Assembly: GCA_963799845.1 (NCBI GenBank)
Contig: CAWCYI010000006.1
Location: 1,504,001 to 1,568,000 of the forward strand
Source: an uncultured Nitrososphaerota archaeon
GTDB lineage: Archaea > Thermoproteota > Nitrososphaeria > Nitrososphaerales > CADDZS01
Direction: 5' to 3'
Length of the DNA stretch: 64,000 bases
Shown: one piece after another, positions 61,040 to 64,000 of the stretch
Position numbering within the stretch: the first letter of the stretch is position 1
How the letters are laid out: every line of letters starts with the position of its first letter
The notes under the pieces: generated by a model
Databases searched by the model: none
What the model saw: the letters and a program-made list of their open reading frames with translations, nothing else
Told to the model about the DNA's origin: nothing
Made by a program: the position numbers and the translations under genes

Positions 61040-61442
61040 GCGGGGTGAGATCGATGCCGGCGATCCATTTTTCAAGATAAAGCCAGCCGGTGGGCCTCGT
61101 GATCTGTCGGCAAACCATGATAAATACCTCTATCCAGCAGGACTGCGTCGCCGGTCACCGAGAAGATCTAGATGAGACTTTTTGTGGATACGTCAGACTC
61201 TTCTTGCCCTGGTCAATTCCAAGGACGACAATCACGCGTCAGCAACGGAGTTTAGGGAACGTTTGAGAGCGGGGAGGACTCAATTCAACCTGCTTATTAT
61301 TTCGAACTACATCTTTGACGAAACCATCACTTTACTTGGGAGAAGAATCACCTGCATGTCATTAAGTGTCTGGTCTCCGTGGCTTCGTATTATCAATTCT
61401 GATAATCGTGTCTCCGTTATTTATGGTCGATTTTTGCGCTAA
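61040..61442 (+). pseudogene. Decayed VapBC module
   Basis: Antitoxin tail DPFFKIKP..GPRDLSANHDKYLY; ATG at 61172 gives MRLFVDTS, then a shift into LLALVNSKDDNH...SNYIFDETITLL (PIN), truncated. Confidence 0.7.
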
Positions 61443-61517
61443 TCTTCTAGCGATTATGGAATCTTTTCGGAAAGAGGATAATATTCGCAGGATTATTCAA
61501 AGGTCTGATGTTAGAGG

Positions 61518-61847
61518 ATGCAAAAGCTAGTAGAATCTGAAATTCGCACTCCGCTAGAAGCAAGTGAAACGCGGACTCGGGACAAATTGGTGGAAGTCCC
61601 GGTTTGTCCTAGCTGTGGACTGGAACTTCGCAAAAATTACAAAGGGCAGTGGTTCTGCCTAGAGTGCAATGTCTCTTTCGCCGACTCGAAACTGTCGTTG
61701 CGTATAGCCGAAGAAAAAGCAGAGTTTCTGGTCTTCTCTGGGCTCCGTGATCAACTGAAGGCAGATGACCTAGTCGATCCAAGATTCGCAACCACCAATG
61801 AAGTCTGGCAGGTCGATGATAATGAAGGAGCAAACGTAGGAGACTAA
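61518..61847 (+). CDS. Zn-ribbon protein
   Basis: CPSCG...WFCLEC. Confidence 0.65.
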   Translation: MQKLVESEIRTPLEASETRTRDKLVEVPVCPSCGLELRKNYKGQWFCLECNVSFADSKLSLRIAEEKAEFLVFSGLRDQLKADDLVDPRFATTNEVWQVDDNEGANVGD

Positions 61848-62078
61848 ATGCCTATAGCATTCGTTCTAGTCAACGTCGAAGCAGGTTTGGAGGATGAAAC
61901 CATCCGGGAGTTAAAAGGCACGGAGAACATCAGGGAAGTCTATTTGGTTTATGGAGTGTATGATTTTGTGGTAAAGGTGGAAGATGAAACACTGCAGAAA
62001 GTCAAAGAAACAATTACATCGAAGATAAGAAAGACAGACATGATCAGATCCGCTCAGACTCTCATGATTTCTAACTAA
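61848..62078 (+). CDS. Stand-alone Lrp/AsnC ligand-binding (RAM) domain
   Basis: AFVLVNVEAG...VYGVYDFVVKVE...TSKIRK. Confidence 0.9.
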   Translation: MPIAFVLVNVEAGLEDETIRELKGTENIREVYLVYGVYDFVVKVEDETLQKVKETITSKIRKTDMIRSAQTLMISN

Positions 62079-62388
62079 TTTTAACAAAATAGAAACAGGA
62101 GGAATAGCTTCGAACAGTACACCGATCCTGACGGCTTGAAACCCATAGAGACGCACTTTTAGCCAAAGCCGACTACCCCAAGGAATAAATTTACACATCG
62201 GATTTGCAGCTGAGCTCGCAACAAAACTTGGGTTGTTTGACAAAATAGTACTTGTTTCTGAAATAATCTTGGGCCCGTAATTTTTGCCAATTTCTGGACG
62301 ACAGGTCTGCCGGAGATATTGTATCAAGGATTTCTACATGTGTACTACAATGAATAAATTAGATTCAAGGCTGAAAGGACATTTGGCA

Positions 62389-63168
62389 ATGCACCCGGCG
62401 CTCGATCGCAGAATCTTGGAGAACAGGTGGATTTTCGCTTTCGCTTTATCTGCTTTGGCGTTGTGCGTTTTTGAAATTCTGGACTGGTACGAACTACCTT
62501 TTGAGACTTTCAGAGGAACCATCTCTACGTTTCCCCTGTTTGGGAGTCTTATTGCGGTTCTTCTGGCTTCAGGATACATCGGGCTCTTTATTGCGATGTT
62601 CCTGGAAAATATGGCGCTCCCTATTCCGAGCGAATTATTCCTCCCTCTTGCTGGCTATTTTATATTTCTGGGAAGGATGACCTTTCCGATTGCGATCGCA
62701 ATTAGCACTGCAGCTGGCCTGCTTGGGAGCCTTGCGATATATTTTGTTGCCCTAAAACTCGGGCCGCCAGTCGTTTATTCTGTTGCACGTAGATTGGGAA
62801 TAAGTCAAGGCACCCTGGCAAGGTCTGAAGTCTGGCTCAGTGGAAGATACGGTTCAGCAATTATCCTTGCAGCACGATTTGTGCCGGGGTTGAGATCTTC
62901 AATTTCAATTCCCGCAGGAGTTCTAAGAATGAATCCGGTCAGATTTGCTACAACGACTTTGATAGGTTCATTTGGCTGGTCTGCGTTGTTAATGTATCTT
63001 GGTTACTCGGCGGGGCCATTGTGGGTCGCGAGCGAAAATATCATAACGAATGCTTTCATTCAGGCACTGCCTTACGCGGTGGCCATTGTTTCGTCTGGTT
63101 TCATCATCAATTATATGGTTCAGAAAACCCTAGTACTTCGCGCTGACCGAACATTATCAAATCTTTGA
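62389..63168 (+). CDS. DedA family membrane protein
   Basis: FLENMALPIPSEL, ARFVPGLRS.ISIPAG. Confidence 0.9.
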   Translation: MHPALDRRILENRWIFAFALSALALCVFEILDWYELPFETFRGTISTFPLFGSLIAVLLASGYIGLFIAMFLENMALPIPSELFLPLAGYFIFLGRMTFPIAIAISTAAGLLGSLAIYFVALKLGPPVVYSVARRLGISQGTLARSEVWLSGRYGSAIILAARFVPGLRSSISIPAGVLRMNPVRFATTTLIGSFGWSALLMYLGYSAGPLWVASENIITNAFIQALPYAVAIVSSGFIINYMVQKTLVLRADRTLSNL

Positions 63169-63208
63169 AGATCACTTTTCTCAGGATGAAGGAAGCAACT
63201 GATCAGTA

Positions 63209-64000
63209 GTGAGTAACAAGAATTACAAATCTCAAAAGACTCAGGATCAGGTACCAAGCAAACTAACAGTCTCAAGGTCTGAAGCGGGAAGACGCCTCGA
63301 CAGGTTTCAAGCTTTCATCGGATTCTCCCTTATCTTCTCTGCAGCTTTCGGGAGTTACCTGCTCGCGACCGATAAATCTCTCTGGATCCTCGCGATCTCA
63401 CACGCATACGGACTGCTGGCGATCTGTGCAATCGACTTGGTACTTGCGGCCTTAAATTTTCTCTCGGTCAGAAAGGTGCTTTTTCCCACACTTGGGTGGG
63501 CAATCCTTACCATATTGCTACAGGTCGGTGATATCGCGACTGCGCCGCAATTTGGAATGAAGATCCCGTATTTTGCGAGATACTTGTTCGGCCTCTGGGC
63601 ATTCGACGGAATACTATTGATGCAGGGAATAATAATCGTGATAGGACTGTCTGGAAGATCGTACCAGAGACTCCTAGCAAAGAGAAGAAGGCAGCAGTCT
63701 TACTTCGACATGGGCCTCAAGTCTTCTAGAAGAGATTTCTTGCAGATCGGAGGCACAATCGGGGCATTTTTTGTACTTGCTGCTGCTCTCGGAATATGGA
63801 CCACTCTGACCCCTCCAGAGAATCTTCCCACAACGTCTACTCCTTCAACCGGAGGCAATTCGGCGACAACCCAGACGTCTAACCTTCCGTCCGGTGCAAT
63901 AGCGAACATCAATGGCTTGCAGGTCGGCGTCCCGCAATACTTTGACTATCCTTCGTCTGGGTACACGAACATGCTGATGAAGAAAGCCGACGGTACCGTA
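63209..64000 (+). CDS. Polytopic membrane protein with internal twin-arginine motif, probable Rieske domain downstream (3'-truncated by window)
   Basis: GTG-start open frame to the window end: 4 TMs, SSRRDFLQ, TM, S/T linker, IANINGLQVGVPQYFDYP. Confidence 0.7.
   Translation, partial: MSNKNYKSQKTQDQVPSKLTVSRSEAGRRLDRFQAFIGFSLIFSAAFGSYLLATDKSLWILAISHAYGLLAICAIDLVLAALNFLSVRKVLFPTLGWAILTILLQVGDIATAPQFGMKIPYFARYLFGLWAFDGILLMQGIIIVIGLSGRSYQRLLAKRRRQQSYFDMGLKSSRRDFLQIGGTIGAFFVLAAALGIWTTLTPPENLPTTSTPSTGGNSATTQTSNLPSGAIANINGLQVGVPQYFDYPSSGYTNMLMKKADGTV

Noticed and set aside
6169-63912. Many antisense or nested ORFs in the track (e.g. 6169-6522, 29211-29783, 41551-42138, 56263-56808, 63700-63912)
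   Set aside because: They shadow well-supported genes on another strand or frame.
1-64000. CRISPR array, tRNA or rRNA genes
   Set aside because: No regularly spaced repeat-spacer units or recognisable tRNA/rRNA seen by eye; this also argues for TnpB over Cas12f at 43964-45232.

Overview
Archaeal DNA, most consistent with a non-ammonia-oxidising Nitrososphaerota/Thaumarchaeota-type genome (inferred from TATA promoters, frequent TTG/GTG starts, RHH/wHTH regulators and a DUF3227-like protein). 1-7 kb: decayed accessory island with toxin-antitoxin modules, a dispersed AGCT-phased repeat and a complete IS5-family element. 10-12 kb: tatA, a small Tat substrate and a DUF4331 protein. 13-21 kb: sulfate-activation operon (RHH, sat, AlkP-superfamily enzyme, cysC, permease) facing a ComA-wHTH fusion. 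25-43 kb: mixed housekeeping genes (mscL, tatC, MoaD/BNR pair, VOC, MFS, ABC, DUF72 x2, dinB). 44-49 kb: a tnpB element, a second AlkP/TauE/RHH locus and an orphan omega-RNA copy. 54-59 kb: pstSCAB-phoU. Two candidate novel systems stand out. (1) A tnpB bounded by IS6-like terminal inverted repeats and an 8-bp direct repeat, plus a TnpB-less omega-RNA 4 kb away with a different flank. (2) A two-locus sulfur regulon sharing an ATCGA-N3-TCGAT palindrome, with RHH proteins carrying the LxxLGY tail that their neighbouring AlkP enzymes lack. Many single-base frameshifts suggest uncorrected long-read errors. All calls come from reading the sequence by eye; no searches were run.
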